Source: Eledone cirrhosa
Taxonomy: Eukaryota
DNA length: 64,000 nt
NCBI GenBank assembly: GCA_964016885.1
Contig: OZ024750.1
Span: 54,188,001 to 54,252,000, forward strand
Direction of reading: 5' to 3'
Part shown: positions 61,401 to 64,000 of the stretch, in pieces
How positions within the stretch are numbered: the stretch's first letter is position 1
Layout: every line of letters starts with the position of its first letter
The notes under the pieces: model-generated
Told to the model about the DNA's origin: nothing
Database searches by the model: none
Seen by the model: only the letters and a program-made list of their open reading frames with translations
Translations under genes and position numbers: made by a program

Positions 61401-64000
61401 TACATGACCACTTTACAGTGTGGACTGGGTGCTTGCTTTTGTCATGATACCTACATGACCACTTTACAGTGTGGACTGGGTGCTTGCTTTTGTCATGATA
61501 CCTACATGACCACTTTACAGTGTGGACTGGGTGCTTGCTTTTGTCATGAAACCTACATGACCACTTTACAGTGTGGACTGGGTGCTTGCTTTTGTCATGA
61601 ATCCTACATGACCACTTTACAGTGTGGGCTGGGTGCTTGCTTTTGTCATGAAACCTACATGACCACTTTACAGTGTGGACTGGGTGCTTGCTTTTGTCAT
61701 GAATCCTACATGACCACTTTACAGTGTGGACTGGGTGCTTGCTTTTGTCATGAAACCTACATGACCACTTTACAGTGTGGACTGGGTGCTTGCTTTTGTC
61801 ATGAAACCTACATGACCACTTTACAGTGTGGACTGGGTGCTTGCTTTTGTCATGAATCCTACATGACCACTTTACAGTGTGGACTGGGTGCTTGCTTTTG
61901 TCATGAAACCTACATGACCACTTTACAGTGTGGACTGGGTGCTTGCTTTTGTCATGAATCCTACATGACCACTTTACAGTGTGGGCTGGGTGCTTGCTTT
62001 TGTCATGATACCTACATGACCACTTTACAGTGTGGACTGGGTGCTTGCTTTTGTCATGAAACCTACATGACCACTTTACAGTGTGGACTGGGTGCTTGCT
62101 TTTGTCATGAAACCCACATGACCACTTTACAGTGTGGGCTGGGTGCTTGCTTTTGTCATGATACCTACATGACCACTTTACAGTGTGGGCTGGGCTCTTT
62201 TGTCATGATACCGACATGACAACTTTACAGTGTGGACTGGGTGCTTGCTTTTGTCATGATACCGACATGACCACTTTACAGTGTGGACTGGGTGCTTGCT
62301 TTTGTCATGAAACCTACATGACCACTTTACAGTGTGGGCTGGGTACTTGCTTTTGTCATGATACCGACATGACCACTTTACAGTGTGGACTGGGTGCTTG
62401 CTTTTGTCATGAATCCTACATGACCACTTTACAGTGTGGACTGGGTGCTTGCTTTTGTCATGAAACCTACATGACCACTTTACAGTGTGGACTGGGTGCT
62501 TGCTTTTGTCATGAAACCTACATGACCACTTTACAGTGTGGACTGGGTGCTTGCTTTTGTCATGAAACCTACATGACCACTTTACAGTGTGGACTGGGTG
62601 CTTGCTTTTGTCATGAATCCTACATGACCACTTTACAGTGTGGACTGGGTGCTTGCTTTTGTCATGAAACCTACATGACCACTTTACAGTGTGGACTGGG
62701 TGCTTGCTTTTGTCATGATACCTACATGACCACTTTACAGTGTGGACTGGGTGCTTGCTTTTGTCATGAAACCTACATGACCACTTTACAGTGTGGACTG
62801 GGTGCTTGCTTTTGTCATGAATCCTACATGACCACTTTACAGTGTGGGCTGGGTGCTTGCTTTTGTCATGATACCTACATGACCACTTTACAGTGTGGAC
62901 TGGGTGCTTGCTTTTGTCATGAAACCTACATGACCACTTTACAGTGTGGACTGGGTGCTTGCTTTTGTCATGAAACCCACATGACCACTTTACAGTGTGG
63001 GCTGGGTGCTTGCTTTTGTCATGATACCTACATGACCACTTTACAGTGTGGGCTGGGCTCTTTTGTCATGATACCGACATGACAACTTTACAGTGTGGAC
63101 TGGGTGCTTGCTTTTGTCATGATACCGACATGACCACTTTACAGTGTGGACTGGGTGCTTGCTTTTGTCATGAAACCTACATGACCACTTTACAGTGTGG
63201 GCTGGGTACTTGCTTTTGTCATGATACCGACATGACCACTTTACAGTGTGGACTGGGTGCTTGCTTTTGTCATGATACCGACATGACCACTTTACAGTGT
63301 GTGCTGGGTACTTGCTTTTGTCATGATACCGACATGACCACTTTACAGTGTGGACTGGGTGCTTGCTTTTGTCATGATACCGACATGACCACTTTACAGT
63401 GTGGACTGGGTGCTTGCTTTTGTCATGATACCGACATGACCACTTTACAGTGTGGACTGGGTGCTTGCTTTTGTCATGACACCGTCATGGCCACTTTACA
63501 GTGTGGACTGGGTGCTTTCTTTTGTCATGACACCGAAATGACCACTTTACAGTGTGGACTGGGTGCTTGCTTTTGTCATGAAACCTACATGACCACTTTA
63601 CAGTGTGGACTGGGTGCTTGCTTTTGTCATGATACCTACATCACCACTTTACAGTGTGGACTGGGTGCTTGCTTTTGTCATGATACCTACATGACCACTT
63701 TACAGCGTGGACTGGGTGCTTGCTTTTGTCATGATACCTACATGACCACTTTACAGCGTGGACTGGGTGCTTGCTTTTGTCATGATACCTACATGACCAC
63801 TTTACAGTGTGGACTGGGTGCTTGCTTTTGTCATGAAACCTACATGACCACTTTACAGTGTGGACTGGGTGCTTGCTTTTGTCATGAAACCCACATGACC
63901 ACTTTACAGTGTGGACTGGGTGCTTGCTTTTGTCATGAAACCTACATGACCACTTTACAGTGTGGGCTCGGTGCATGCTTTTGTCATGAAACCTACATGA
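49425..64000. repeat. 51-bp satellite (ATGACCACTTTACAGTGTGGACTGGGTGCTTGCTTTTGTCATGATACC[G/T]AC)n, ~285 units, intronic, extends past the window end
   Basis: Direct inspection; 17-aa periodic pseudo-ORFs; higher-order periods of 305, 302, 3044, 914 and 863 bp. Confidence 0.99.

Noticed and set aside
49331-63976. Long Cys/His-rich ORFs (MTTLQCGLGACFCHDTD)n resembling a metal-binding repeat protein
   Set aside because: By-product of a 51-bp (3n) satellite; frequent frame-breaking 1-4-bp indels, SINE origin and intronic position
49425-64000. CRISPR-like array
   Set aside because: Head-to-tail repeats without unique spacers, no cas genes, eukaryotic intron context

Overview
AT-rich, repeat-dense animal genomic DNA. 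It is most likely an octopus/coleoid cephalopod, inferred from the SINE/RTE repeat style and microsatellite load. The only host gene found is the 5' part of a + strand bubblegum-type long-chain fatty acyl-CoA synthetase (ACSBG-like). Eight phase-consistent coding exons (12642-49083, 864 nt, 288 codons) were assembled by eye, ending just after the AMP-binding motif IYT|SGTTGDPKG. The flank and introns hold a Merlin element, a Buster-type hAT with an 8-bp TSD, a DD37D (maT) element, a Helitron nested in a Penelope GIY-YIG ORF, several Penelope-like relics, CRE-like relics, many tRNA-derived SINEs, truncated RTE LINEs and one RTE LINE with an intact 1022-aa ORF. The last ~14.6 kb is an intronic 51-bp satellite (~285 units, with higher-order structure) that visibly grows out of the internal repeat of an RTE-derived SINE module. 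Most notable findings: (1) several minimal type-I hammerhead ribozyme motifs next to (TA)n runs, mostly in fold-back elements, which share a downstream motif; (2) the SINE-born satellite; (3) RTE families whose 3' end carries a copy of an RTE 5'-UTR module. Repeat boundaries are approximate unless a TSD or TIR is cited.
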